DNA of 64,000 nucleotides. Source: Hypanus sabinus (Eukaryota). Each line of letters opens with the position of its first letter. The first letter of the stretch is position 1. Shown here in pieces: positions 49,370-61,400 of this stretch. The notes under the pieces are model-generated. The model did no database searches and was not told the origin of the DNA. It saw only the letters and a program-made list of their open reading frames with translations. The translations under genes were made by a program, and so were the position numbers. The stretch spans positions 29,760,001 to 29,824,000 of the forward strand of contig NC_082732.1 of assembly GCF_030144855.1 (NCBI RefSeq), in the 5' to 3' direction.

Positions 49370-50015
49370 TTGGATTATTATTGTCATGTGTACCAAGGTA
49401 CTGTGAAAAGCTTGTCTTGCATACTGTTCATACAGATCAAATAATTGCACATTATGCTGAGGTAGAACAAAATAAAACCTTAATGGAATGCTGGTAACAA
49501 ATAAGGTAAGGATAGATTGTGAGGTCAAGAGTCCATCTGATCATATTAAGGAACCATTTTATAGATTTATAACAGTAGAATAGAAGCTGTCCTCAAGCCT
49601 GTTTGTACTTGCTTTCAGACTTGTATCTTCTGCCCAGTGGAAGAAGGGAGAAGAGTTAATATCCAGGGTGGGTGGGGTCTTGGCTGCTTTACAGAGGCAG
49701 TGAGACATGTATACTGAGTCCACAGAGGTGAGGTTGGTTGTCGTGATGTGCCGAGCTGATCAAAACTCTCTGCAGTTTCTTTTGGCCACGTGCAGAGCAG
49801 TTATACCAAGCCATTATAAATCCAGATTGGATACTTTCTCTGGTACATCAATAGAAATAGTTAAGAGTCAGTGAAAACATGCTAAATTTATTTGGCCTCC
49901 TGAGAAAGTTTAGACTGGTGAACTTTCTTGGTTGTAGCATTGACGTAGTTCAACAGGGACAGGCTATTGGTGATGTTCACTCCTAGGAACTTACAACTCT
50001 CAACCTCAACACTGT
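49370..50015 (-). mobile_element. Rex1/Babar-type LINE 3' fragment
   Basis: VEVESCKFLGVNITNSLS..NATTKKVHQ; colinear with the 21380-22080 copy. Confidence 0.75.
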
Positions 50016-50819
50016 TGATATATAGACAGTGACAGGACTTGGTAATATAGCAATGGATGAAAATAATATTAGAAGTTGTTAGTTTGGCTTTATTTGACTT
50101 GATTAAAAAAGGTAAAGAAGCAAATTTTGCAACATGATCATGGCAGGTAGAGGAGGTATGATCTGTAGGAAATTGTCTTTTTGAGTGAGAGATTAAATTA
50201 AGGATATATCTTGTTACGTGTTCCCATGGCAAATTACAAAGACAAATAAGAGGTCAGAATCACAATCAAGTTTATCATTACTGAAATATGCTGTGAAATG
50301 TGTTATTTTGCGGCAGCTGTCTGTGCAAAACTTATGAATTATTATAAGCTATGAAATCTAACTATCCTATATGGAACCATTTGGTTAACCAATTGGCCAA
50401 CAATATTCCTTGCATATCAAAAAAATCACTACTGAGAGATCTTCCTTTAACACCATCAGCTTTGTATTCCCCATTCTGGCTCAGCTACTTTTACCTTCTC
50501 CATAGGCAGGACTGTTCAGGCAGACACATTGTTTTCTGTATGCTGTTGCTCTATTAAACTTATTTCTTCCTAATTTGATCTTGCTTTTTCTCTGTCTATG
50601 ACATCTCGGATGCCCTCAATTACTTTGACAATTTCCTTTTTCCTAACAGGCTCATCTTCATCACGCACATACAGTTCCTCTGCACATCCACCCCAGATGT
50701 GGTGGTCTGAGGACCTTTCACTTCTTCCTTGAACACAAGCCAAATAGCTTCTGTTTATGGCATATTTATTTACCCAGATGAAATCAGTGGCACATTGAAT
50801 GACATCTTCATCCCCATTC

Positions 50820-52080
50820 ACTTTTTTCCAGATTAAAAATGGAGCTATAGGAACTTGTGTAATCTGAAGCTTTGCCCAAACCTTTGTGGAATAGGTTGGA
50901 TCAGTTTGTCTCATCTGGCACAGGTTCCATCTCTCAATTCATTTTGTGTTTCAGTACTGAGGCAGCTTCCTGCATTCATCCAGAACTTGGAAATGTCATT
51001 ACACTTGCTGCTGATTTCTACCTTGTTCTCACAATTACTTGATTTACATATTCTCCGTCTCCATCTTAGTGGGGTAGCTAAGCTAATATCTAACACAGGT
51101 ACTGTTAACTATATTTCCTCCCACACTGCTTTCTATAAGAACTCCATTCTATTTTTCTCAAACCTTCCATCTCTGCAGTAACTGCTTTGATGATGACATT
51201 TTCCACACAGATGCCTTTGCCTTATTTTTCCTCATTTACCAGTTACATTTCACCTATTTCCTACAACTTTCTCCAGGCATGGTTAGGATCCCACCAGTGT
51301 CTTTTCTCCATAAAACCATAAGACATAGCAGAATTGGGCCACTCAGCCCCTCAGGTCTCCTCCATCATTTGATCGTGGCTGATTTATTTTCCCTCTCTAC
51401 GCCATTTCCTCAATGAGCACCTTTCATAAGTTCCACCACCTTCAAAACCAAATCCACTGGCAGACTCATCTCCTTTTTGGCTTTCTGAAGGGATTGTTCC
51501 TTTTGTGACTCCCTGGTACACCTCACTTTTCCACGCAACCATAGGAGGTACAACATCTGTACTTTTACTTTAACTGTTCCCACCATCCAGGAACCTAACA
51601 GACCTCCCAGGTGAAGCAGTAATACATTTGTATTTCTTTTTACACAATCTAATGTGCTCATGATATTGGACAAGCCATAAACATAACAGATGGCCAATTT
51701 ACAAAGCACTTCCATTCCATCTGGTCAGAGATGTCTAGGATGGAGTGTGAGCGGGATAAAAGAAATTAAACTGTCAGGCCTGAGCTTCTAGCTTTTCCTT
51801 AGCCCACTCACATACCATCCTAAACATCTCTGACCTCCTGCACTGTGTTCAACCAGATCTACATAAGCACTCTTCATTCTAGCAACATACAACTTATGAA
51901 TATTAAGATCAAACTTAGCCATTTCAGGTAACACAACACTTCTGTTTGTCAGAACTGGCCAGTCCTGTTGTAAGATGATCCATTTTATATTAACTTGGCT
52001 ATTTCTCTTTCCATGGACATTGCTGTGCATTTTCAGCATTCCTGGTTTCCTATTACTCACCAATGATGGCCTGCATTTCA
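50820..52080 (+). mobile_element. Old Penelope-like element (RT to endonuclease remnants)
   Basis: ttccagattaaaaatggagctataggaact (FQIKNGAIGT, a decayed QxxGxAMG motif); gtgactccctggtacac...gcaaccataggaggtacaacatctgt...cccaggtgaagcag, parallel to 14800-14900. Confidence 0.55.
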
Positions 52081-52189
52081 TGATTTTACATATTCTTTTG
52101 TTTGTTTCTTCTCTCTCTGTCCTCTGTTCTCTTAATCAGCCAATTCTATAACTATTGGAATCAGCTTGGCAATCATTCAATCAGATGTA

Positions 52190-52890
52190 CAGTGGATTCA
52201 GTTAATTGGGACACACCAGGACTAATACATTTTGGCCCAATTGAGTGGCTGCTCCAATTAGCCGAAGTCAAGGAAATAATTAAAAAGGTACAAAAAAGGA
52301 CAAACTTCTGTTGGAGTAACAAATTATGAACAAATTAGAATACTCTTAATACTACAGTACTATAAAATTGTGTATTAGTTCCTCAGTTCAGTGTACGCTG
52401 CCGTGTTTTTGTTTGACTGTAACTGAACAAAATCAGCAAAGGCAGCTAGTGTAGCTAATAGACTGTCTTCATACAATGCTTTCGACAATTGCATCCTCCA
52501 AATCTTCATCTTCATTGTAACATCCAAGATGATAGTCGATAACTTCAAATTCTTTGTAGTTCCTAACTTGTTGAAGTAGTGAAATAGTTCCGTTTTCACT
52601 CCTGGCAATGTGCTTGAAACTGCAGTAAGCAGAACAGCTTCCTTTTGAACAGTCACAGAGCTGAAGATATTTAAAAACTGGTCGATTTAAGCACAGCCAA
52701 ATGAGTGCACACAACTGATGTTAGTTGGAAACTGTTCAGCAACAGTCTCCTGATCCAATTAAGCAGAATAGTGTCCCAAATAAAAGAAGAGAATCCGGCT
52801 ATTTTCTTGATTAGCTTTTCTTCTTTAAGAGTTGTCCCAAATAAGCAGCTCCCCCGATTAACCTATGGCCCAACTAACTGGAATCCACTG
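52190..52890 (-). mobile_element. 701-bp internally deleted derivative of the same Tigger family
   Basis: TA-CAGTGGATTCAGTTAATTGGG ... CCCAACTAACTGGAATCCACTG-TA. Colinear with both ends of 31273-33642. Confidence 0.9.
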
Positions 52891-53279
52891 TATTCCCCTT
52901 ATCGTACCCATAGTTTCCTCACCCTCTCTGCAACAGAAAACTGACTCATTTTCTCACTTTCCCAGTTTTGATGAAGAGTCTGCACTTGAAAAGTTGCCTT
53001 TATTTCTCTTCACAAAGATGCTGCCCAATCTTTTATTTCTTTCACTTATAACCATATAACAATTACAGCACAGAAGCAGGCCGTTCTAGTCCGTGCCGAA
53101 CGCTTACTCTCACTTAGACCCACCGACCTGCACTCAGCCCATAACCCTGCACTCCTTTTCCTGTCCATATACCTGTCCAATCCTATATACTTGAACGTTT
53201 CAGCATTTTTTGGTTTGATTTCATCGGGACTAATGTGATAAAGCGTGAAAGGTGTATTTTTAAATACACTTTTTAGGAG

Positions 53280-53525
53280 CCATGGTACTACAGTTCGTCT
53301 CATCGGAGTTTGGAGTTCAATTCCAGTGCCGTCTGTCAGGAGTTTGTATGCTCTCCCTGTGAGTTTCCTCCAGGTGCTCCAGTTTCCTTCCACTGCCCAA
53401 AAATGTACCAATTGGACGGCCTATTGTCCTGTGATTAGGCTAGTGTTAAATAGGTGGGTTGGTGGTGTCACAGCTCATTGGACGGGAAGGGCTTATTCTA
53501 TGCTGCATCACTAAATCAAATAAAT
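53280..53525 (+). mobile_element. HE1-like SINE
   Basis: ggagttcaattccagtgccgtctgtcaggagtttgtatgctctccctgtgagtttcctccaggtgctccagtttcc. Confidence 0.7.
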
Positions 53526-54599
53526 AAAAATTCAGGCCCAAAATGTAAAGAAATGAAATGGCAAAGGAAAGCTTTTAAACTAGTTGAAGGAAGGAAGGAA
53601 GGGTGTGTTAAATTTGGGGAGACATTTAAAGAAGAAACTTTTAAAATGCATTGAAAGCAGTTCAGGGATTAGACTATTAACTGACACAGGCAGGTTGTCT
53701 TGTGAGGAAAATTTGGAGAGGGTACAATTGTATCTAATGGAGTTTAGAAGAGTGGGAAGAGACTTGACTGAAATGTGCAAGCTACTGAGCACTCTTGATA
53801 GAACAGATTTGGAAAGGTTTTACTTTCCCTTTGGAGAATCTGGAATGAAGGATTACTTTTTAAAAATAAATCAACCACTTAGAGTTTTGAGTCAATTTTT
53901 TTACCAGAGTTTGCACTCTTCCTCAAAGTATAATGAAATAAAAGTCTTAATAAGGCAAAAGTGGATAGATGTTTGATGAACAGGAGTGAAAGATTATGCG
54001 GGTTGGTGGTTGAAATTAGTTAGCTGAACTGTGATCTTATTAAATGACAGACCAGTTTTGAGGGTCTTAATGGGGTACTTGTTGCTCCTTAATCAGGTGT
54101 TCATAAAAAAGAGCAAAAAGAAGCCTGTGGAGGCGAGGGCAAATCGAAGTACCTGAAAGCAGTCAGCACTGTCAGTTAAAATGAATCGAAATTTGTGGAA
54201 TTTCAAAATATTTACAGCCAGGTGAGAAATTAAAAAAACTGTAGAAAACAGGCGTGATTACATCTAAAATTATTAAATTCAACGTTCACTATTGTACAGC
54301 ACAGCTGTAAGATGTTATACTTTGAGCTCTCACTTTCCTTCATTAGAATAAGTTGAAGCGTGGCAGTGGCAATGAAGTACACATTTCAAAAAGGAAGAGT
54401 TCAGAAGCCATTAGGTTCAGTAAATCTGCCTCTGAGGATACCACATTGAGGAGGAAAGGCAGCAAACAGAACCCAGCCGTGGTAATTGCCTGAGGGAAAC
54501 TGGGCACATGAACCGTGCTGTCACTGATAGACGCAACACACACTTGAGGCCCTTCGGTTTACTTCCACATTACTGTAGCCCCTGGGCACGTCTGATAAT

Positions 54600-55100
54600 T
54601 CAGAGACTTTTAAGCCGCATAAATCAAAACTTCACAACAGAATTTGCGCCAAAATCCAAATCACTTCTACCTGAAGGCCGTCCTCAACGTCATCACGCAT
54701 AACGTAAAAATGCGTCATTGAGCGGATTCCACCCCCACCGAAAAAAAACCCGAGCTGATTTTGAGGCAAAGGGATTCGGACCTTTTCGATATGCAGTTGT
54801 CTCCTCCACAGTAAATTAAGTTCGGAGAGGCTCGACTTGACATTTATCGTTCTTGTCAGTTTTCCTGCGGGTTGATGGGCGGAGAGTGGCCGAGCGGTGA
54901 CGCCATTTTGTGGTGAGGGGTGCGGCGAGGCGGGTGTTGCCGGCAGGCCGCCATTATTGTGGGGGGCAAGAGCGGGGCCGCGGCAGGGATATGCCCAAGT
55001 CGTGCGCAGCCTTCAACTGTACCAACAGGTACAGCAGCAAGAACAAGGAGCTCACCTTCCACAGGTAAAACAAGCGGAGGCTTATCAAAGTCGCAGCATT
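54600..55100 (+). promoter_or_regulatory. THAP3 CpG island promoter
   Basis: CpG-dense. GGGCGG at ~54877, YY1-like CGCCATTTT at 54901-54909, CRE-like TGCGTCA at ~54711. Confidence 0.75.
54991..55064 (+). CDS. THAP3: THAP3 coding exon 1 (THAP zinc finger, N-terminal part)
   Basis: MPKSCAAFNCTNRYSSKNKELTFH(R), donor AG|gtaaaa in phase 2. THAP CxxxxC start; syntenic position after PHF13. Confidence 0.93.
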
Positions 55101-55744
55101 TTAATCTGCCTACAGTGTTAGATAATAGAAATAATGTTGCAATGTGCTGTTATAACTACCTGCAGCTCATCATAGAGCTTATCTGCTACAGGTAAATCTG
55201 TCAGAGATCCAACGTATTTTATAATCGGTGTGGATGTGTAAAGAGAAATCACTTTTAATGAACGAATATGCAGAAATACTGTACGATTGTCACAGCATTT
55301 TGGGTACCAGTAGTTCACCCGACACATAAGTAAATCTGTCAGGGATTCATAAAATTAATATTCTTTATGTCAATGACGACTGATAATTTAAAAATGTTAA
55401 AATGTTAAAATTGCTGTACAATTATAATAGGACACCAGAGACAAGTAGATTCACTGTCACAGGTAACCTGTAGAAAGTAGCATCCTTCTTAGGGGTAAGG
55501 AGAGTTGGCATAAACAATTCGGGTAGTTGCCTGTAAGGCAGCATTTTCCCCATGACCCGTGGATTTCCTCTGGGTGCTCTGGTTTCCTCCCACAGCCCAA
55601 AGACGGACATGTTGGTAGGTTAATTGGTCATAGTGAAATGTCCTGTGATTAGGCTAGGTTTAAATCCAGGGTTGCTAAAAGGGCCTACTCTGCATTGTGT
55701 CTCAATAAGAGAAATGCATTTAATTTAATAAAGTAATCATTATT

Positions 55745-56110
55745 ACGTGCTGAGTCATATGACAAAGGCGATCCTGATCTCCACAACTGCGGTTATTCTT
55801 GACAAATTTTTCTACAGAAGTGGTTTGCCATTGCCTTCTTCTGGACAGTGTCTTTACAAGAGGGGTGACCCCAGCCACTACTAATCCTCTGCAGAGACTG
55901 TCTGCCTGGCATCAGTGGTTGCATAACCAGGACTTGAGATATGCACCAGCTGCTCGTAGGACCACTCACCATCTATTCCCATGGCTTCTCGCGGCCCTGA
56001 TTCAGGGAATGAGCATGTACCACACCCTGCTCAAGGGTGACCTGCAGGCTAGCCGAGGGAAAGGGCACCTTACACCTCCTTTGTAGAGACGTATCTCCAC
56101 CTCACTGCCC
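55745..56110 (-). mobile_element. SINE-like element with RTE/Bov-B-type 3' tail in THAP3 intron 1
   Basis: Minus strand reads gaagaaggcaatggcaaaccacttctgtagaaaaatttgtcaag, similar to the GAAGGCAATGGCAA(A/C)CCAC tail of Bov-A/Sauria SINEs. Confidence 0.55.
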
Positions 56111-56355
56111 AAAATAAAATAAGGCAGTTGTATTAGCTAGTGTCCTGGAATGGGGAGGAAGGTGGTAACAGGATTAGGCAGGGCTTTATGGTGGGGAGAG
56201 AGGGGATAACAATGGTCTAAATTTTGGAAGGTAGAGGGTGTTATTTCTGTGTCCTGTAAAGAATGAGATGGATGTAGATGGTGTAAGGGGGAGGGTGATG
56301 TACCGCTGAAAGGGCAAACTGTTTCATTTGTAGGTGCTCTTCCCCAATTATTCAG

Positions 56356-56548
56356 GTTTCCATTCAGCAAGCCAGATCTACTGATAGAGTGGATGAACAA
56401 TGTCGGAAGAGCTGAATTCAAACCCAACCAGCACACAGTTATTTGCTCAGACCACTTCAAACCAGAATGTTTCAACACTTGGGGGAACCGAAAAAATCTG
56501 AAGCATAATGCCGTGCCCACGGTCTTCCACTACCCAGATAACATGAAG
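56356..56548 (+). CDS. THAP3: THAP3 coding exon 2 (rest of THAP domain)
   Basis: Acceptor ttattcag|G and donor AAG|gtacag. Reads FPFSKPDLLIEWMNNVGRAEFKPNQHTVICSDHFKPECFNTWGNRKNLKHNAVPTVF, with the C2CH ligands and AVPTVF box. Confidence 0.95.
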
Positions 56549-56827
56549 GTACAGTGCTCGTCCTATCCTCTCCACTTGGGCATCCTGAATTTTAACTGCT
56601 TCAAAATTTGCAGCCATGCCTTGTTGTGCATCACCTAACCTACGGAATTTCTCCCTTAACCCATTCCTCCTTCAAGATACTATTTAAGATCTGACTTGCA
56701 ACTTGCCCCTCGTATCTCTGGCTTGTTCCAAAATTTTATTTACAATTATGAATCAGTTGAGAACCTTTATCCTTCCTGCCCCCATTCTAAAGTGATGATC
56801 CATTGTTTGACCTTGCTTGTTTCCCAG

Positions 56828-56908
56828 CAGAGACATCATGCAAGGAAAAAGCTGAAAGTTATCAGTGAAGTAACAAAGACTGACGTAGCTGAAGAGAAGC
56901 CTGAAATG
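56828..56908 (+). CDS. THAP3: THAP3 coding exon 3 (81 or 78 bp; tandem NAGNAG acceptor)
   Basis: ttgcttgtttccCAGCAG acceptor, reads (Q)RHHARKKLKVISEVTKTDVAEEKPEM, donor ATG|gtgggt. Phase 0 on both sides. Confidence 0.75.
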
Positions 56909-57479
56909 GTGGGTATTTGGACAAGTTGGAACTCATGAAGTCTGGAGTATTTCAGAATTTGGGTGGGGGTGTGGGAATTAGAATGTTTGCTTCACTGGGG
57001 AACATTAGAATTTACCCATAGTGCATATCACTCCCATTTGAATCGAAGGACATTGCTGTTCAGGCTGACTTGCTAATGCAGTACTGCAGGGATACTGTTC
57101 TGTTGGCAGTGCCATTTTCTTTTTGGGTGAAACGCTACACCCTTGCGTCTGAAAATATGCTTTTGCTGGTTTATATTTGTTGTTGTACTCAAGTTCTTTT
57201 GAACCAAGTGCAGACTAGTGAGCAAGAACAACAAGGTTTGGGCCCCAAAACACCAACAATTTCTTTCCTCTCTCTCACTGATGTTCCTCGATCTGTTGAG
57301 TTCTTACAGCAGGGTGTGTGTTGCTCAAGAGCAACAGTTCTAGCTGAATTCAATAGGCCTATTAAGCCAGCAGTCTGGAAAACTTCGAAGTTGGTGCTAA
57401 TACAAATACTAAATGGTTAATCAACACACCCTGTTGGTTGTAAGCAATTGCTAATCTCCCTAGCATAGGGAAATAAGGG

Positions 57480-57825
57480 AAGATTTGATAGACATGTACA
57501 AAATTATGAGGGGTATGGAAAGGGTTAATGCAGGCTTTTTCCACTGAGATTGGGCGAATCTAGAAATGGAAGTCATAGGTTAAGGGTGAAAGGTGAAATA
57601 TTTAAGGGAACCTGAGGAGGGAGCTTCTTCACTCAGAGGGTGATGTGAGTGTGGAATGAGCTGCTGAGGGAGTGGCGGATGTGGGTTTGATTTCAACATT
57701 TGAAAGTAGTTTGAATAAGTACATGAATGGGATGGCTATGGCCCAAGTTGGGTTGAAGGGACGAGGCATAGTAACATTTCAGCAATGACTAGATGGGCAG
57801 AAGATCTTGTTGCTCTATGACTCTC
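57480..57825 (+). mobile_element. CR1-type LINE 3' end in THAP3 intron 3
   Basis: gatttgatagacatgtacaaaattatgaggggtatgg (DLIDMYKIMRG)...ttcttcactcagaggg. Confidence 0.75.
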
Positions 57826-58173
57826 TTTTAAATGTACTTACTCAAAGTGATAGAGATGGTATGTTGAAACAGTAGGCATAATTATAAAGTTGGTGAGTGT
57901 TAAGCTTCGAAGGAAAACAGAGAGTTAGGTATGTTCATAAAATCTGAATCCTAGAGAGACAGAGAGTCCTGTTTGGTGGAGGGTGTATCTCATGTTATAT
58001 GAAGTATTTGCACATGTACATTTCATCTGTCTGCAGGTGAGTAGGTGATCATGGATGTGTTTGTCTTGGTCATTTGTGTTTGCAGACGAGTTTAGTTACA
58101 CAAGTCTCCCTTTGACCTGTGCTTGCCCTGTTGACTGCATCACTGTCGAGTCACTAAGGCTTTCTATTTTCAG

Positions 58174-58494
58174 GTGCCTGAGCTGGTTCTGAGTGGAGAA
58201 GAGGAGAAACTGCCTCTGGCGCCTGCTGCTGAAGATGGTTCCACTAAAGGAAGTGCCGATCATACTTATGCTGCCACCAATCTCAGCATGATGAAGAGGA
58301 GACTGTTCGCTGCCCTGGAAAAGAATGAGAAGTTGCGGAAGCGGCTGAAGGTGAAGCAGGAGGAGATGAGGAGGATGGTGAAAAAGTGGCAAGCAGTCAA
58401 GGATGAACTGGAGACCCTGAGAGCGAAGAGCCTGTCGACCCCCAGCGAGGTGACCCTCACAGACATAGCTCACCTGCAGGACTGTATAAATTAA
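58174..58494 (+). CDS. THAP3: THAP3 last coding exon: HCF-1-binding motif and coiled coil
   Basis: Acceptor tttctattttcag|GTG. Reads VPELVL...SADHTYA (DHxY at 58258-58269)...MKRRLFAALEKNEKLRKRLKVKQEEMRRM...CIN*. Confidence 0.9.
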   Translation: MPELVLSGEEEKLPLAPAAEDGSTKGSADHTYAATNLSMMKRRLFAALEKNEKLRKRLKVKQEEMRRMVKKWQAVKDELETLRAKSLSTPSEVTLTDIAHLQDCIN

Positions 58495-61400
58495 ACCACA
58501 TGTGTGTGGAGAGCAAAGACTGGACTTCCCACAGTCTCTGCGAGGTGAAGCTTGCTGGTGCAAACAAATCACATTAAGTGATGCTGGAACAATTTAAAAG
58601 AAGGATAGACTTAACGTAATCTGGAAATTATATTTGTGCGGGAGATTGAGCTGGTCACAATTCAGCATGGTTAAAACATGTCACACTGTCTTACAAGTCC
58701 ACATAAACATCTCTGAAGCTGAAGAATTCTGAAGCATAAAGAATTCTGGCAACTGGGTTGTCAGAGACTGAACTTGTCAGAATTGTGCTCTGTTGCTAGC
58801 CAGTTTAGGATTACAAGTCTGACTTGCAACCTGTCCTGTCCTTTCATGGCTGAGTTAGTTTTACTGTCTTAGTTATAAGATGCCTTGATTGCAAACTGTG
58901 AACTCCTTTGTTATTTTCAGTATGTGTTCAAGGCCTTCTCTGAGCTCTTAGACTATTTATTTATCACAGCAATCCCTTAGATAATCAAATGTAAGCAGTG
59001 GGGAAGCAGAGACTTGTCAGATCATGGATTCTGGGCAGTACTGTTGACCCAATTGTATCATTGGTGGTTATCTGCTGTGTTGCAACATAATTTTGATGCA
59101 GTTCGGGTCAACCCTTACACATCACGCAGCTAACCTAACAGCAGGTCCCTCAGCCTGCAGACTGTAAAATTCTTGCTGCCCCTCTCAAGGAGGAATTTAC
59201 AAAACTGCTCCTAACAACCTGAGCTGACACTTTTACTGAACAGGATACAAAGCGGTCCATAGTGTAAAACATCATACCAACACGTTTGGGGCAGTGCATG
59301 GAGAATTTTAATCTTCACTGAATTTATGATGTACTAAAACCCTGGAGCATTTGATGCCGACAATGGATGTATAAAATGAAAAGCCTTTTCATAAAGTATC
59401 TCTCATTTGAACATCAAAAATCAACCCCTTTTTAAAAAAAAAGCATTTGCTTCAGGGAATTATAAATCCCGAGTTATAAATGCCCAATTTATGGACACAC
59501 CAACATATGAAAGAGCTCCTTTGGTATTAAATTCAAAAGTTTGACATACTTGTATCCATTCATTCCATAAAAAGTAGAACTAATTTACTTTGCGCTTATA
59601 GTAATTGTTCTTTCTTATCAGTTTTATATGACTTTGATGCCATTCATTGCAGTGTGTGGTGGTATGGTTACCATATTAAGTGATTTTTGTGAATCTTTCA
59701 ACTTGGGGACAGATACACTTTACAGACATCGAGAAAAGGGAACTCATTTGTTCCCCAAGGACAGCCTGTATAAAGTTTATGTGGAGTCCGTCTTGGTAGA
59801 CTCTCATTTCCCAATCTACGCTTCTTTAATCTCAGCCTTAGCAGTTGGAGCTACATGTGGTCACAGTAAACCATCATGATTAAGGAGAAGTGAAATTCCT
59901 GCTCTGTATTAATTTCTAGAAACTCTTATGAACAATGAGTCTGTGCTTGCTGTGAATGAGTAGATGTAAGCATTTTATTGCTAGAGCTGGTCATTCCCAA
60001 CTCAAATTGTCGTTATTGGGAGCAGTGGGGAGAGAACATTAGTCAAGGAGATAAACTGATCAATTAGAACATGAATTTGAGATTCATGCCATAATTGAAT
60101 TATTTGGTTGTGGTTTCAGCTTGCAGTTGTATCTGTCTTCCATAGGAATGTACATTGGGGGGAAATGAGAATAGGCTGTTACTGACTATAGATCTAGAAG
60201 TTTCATCATAATGCACCCACCTTTGTCAGTACCCCATTTCTACCACATCTATCCACCTGCCCCCAGGGGACCCTTCTGCACCTTGATACCTGCCAGTGGT
60301 TTGCCTAACATGTCTGGGGCACTGAAAACAGCTGTAACAGTGATAGTCCGGAGGTTGGATTTTCTGTTTGAAAATTACTAATGAATCTACATCCTTTAAA
60401 GTAACACATTTTGGACATCTTCCTAATTATTTAAATCTGTCCCCAGTGGTTTGACCCTCTGACCATTGGAAACTGTTTCTTGTTATTTATTCAATTGAAC
60501 TATTTTTAATTTTAAACATAATTAAATCATCCCTCAATCACCTTTGTATGAAGAAGAATACTCCCAATTTTTCTAGTACCTCAGCAAATCTGAAGTCCCC
60601 CATTTCTCATTGCATTTTAGTAAATCTCCTCTGCACTCTCTCCAGATATGTATGCAGCATAGTACAGTATGTAGTTATAACTGTAATCTGTGCCCAGTTT
60701 GTTGATCTTGATTGTAGCTCCAGTTGGGTTTGCAAAAAAATGATCTTCACTGAACTTGCAAAAAAAAATCAACTGGCAATACCACTTCTTCACGGGATGA
60801 TCATTAAAATGGCATGGGTGGCGATCAGGAAAGAGAAAAGCCAAGTTATGCTACGATTTACTCTGGACAATGTACGAACAGACTGGATAACCACAGAGCA
60901 TATTCAGCTTTGTGGATATCCACTTTCCAACAGCTGGAATATTTGGAGGGGAGCAATTGTCATTGGGAGTTGGCATGGAACTATTGCCTTTTTGGTGGTG
61001 CACAGATCTGTGATTTATTTACTGATGTTATTAAAGCTTTAGTCCCTGCTGTTTCTATCCAGTGATCATGGAACACGTACATCCAAATGTAAGTGTGCCT
61101 TTTTCTGTTAAAACATTCTACTTAAACATAGATCAAAGACTTGTGAACGTTTGAGGATTAAACTTGGCTTGGGCTTTACTGTACTGGAGATTGATCTTGT
61201 TGCAAATGTAAGCTATACATTGAATGGTGCCAGATTCCTGTTTAATATCATTTTCTTGTAGGGAGCCCATTGCTTATCACTGATCTAATATTTTGGTCTA
61301 AATCAGAGCAGGGAATTTGAGTGTTACTCAAACTGACACTACTCCAAATATACAATAGAGTACAAATATGAAGTGAAAGTACAAAATGCCCAGCAGATGT

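Noticed and set aside
59425-59770. Possible additional Tigger-like MITE ending ggacagcctgTA
   Set aside because: Only one plausible terminus is visible; too decayed to support.
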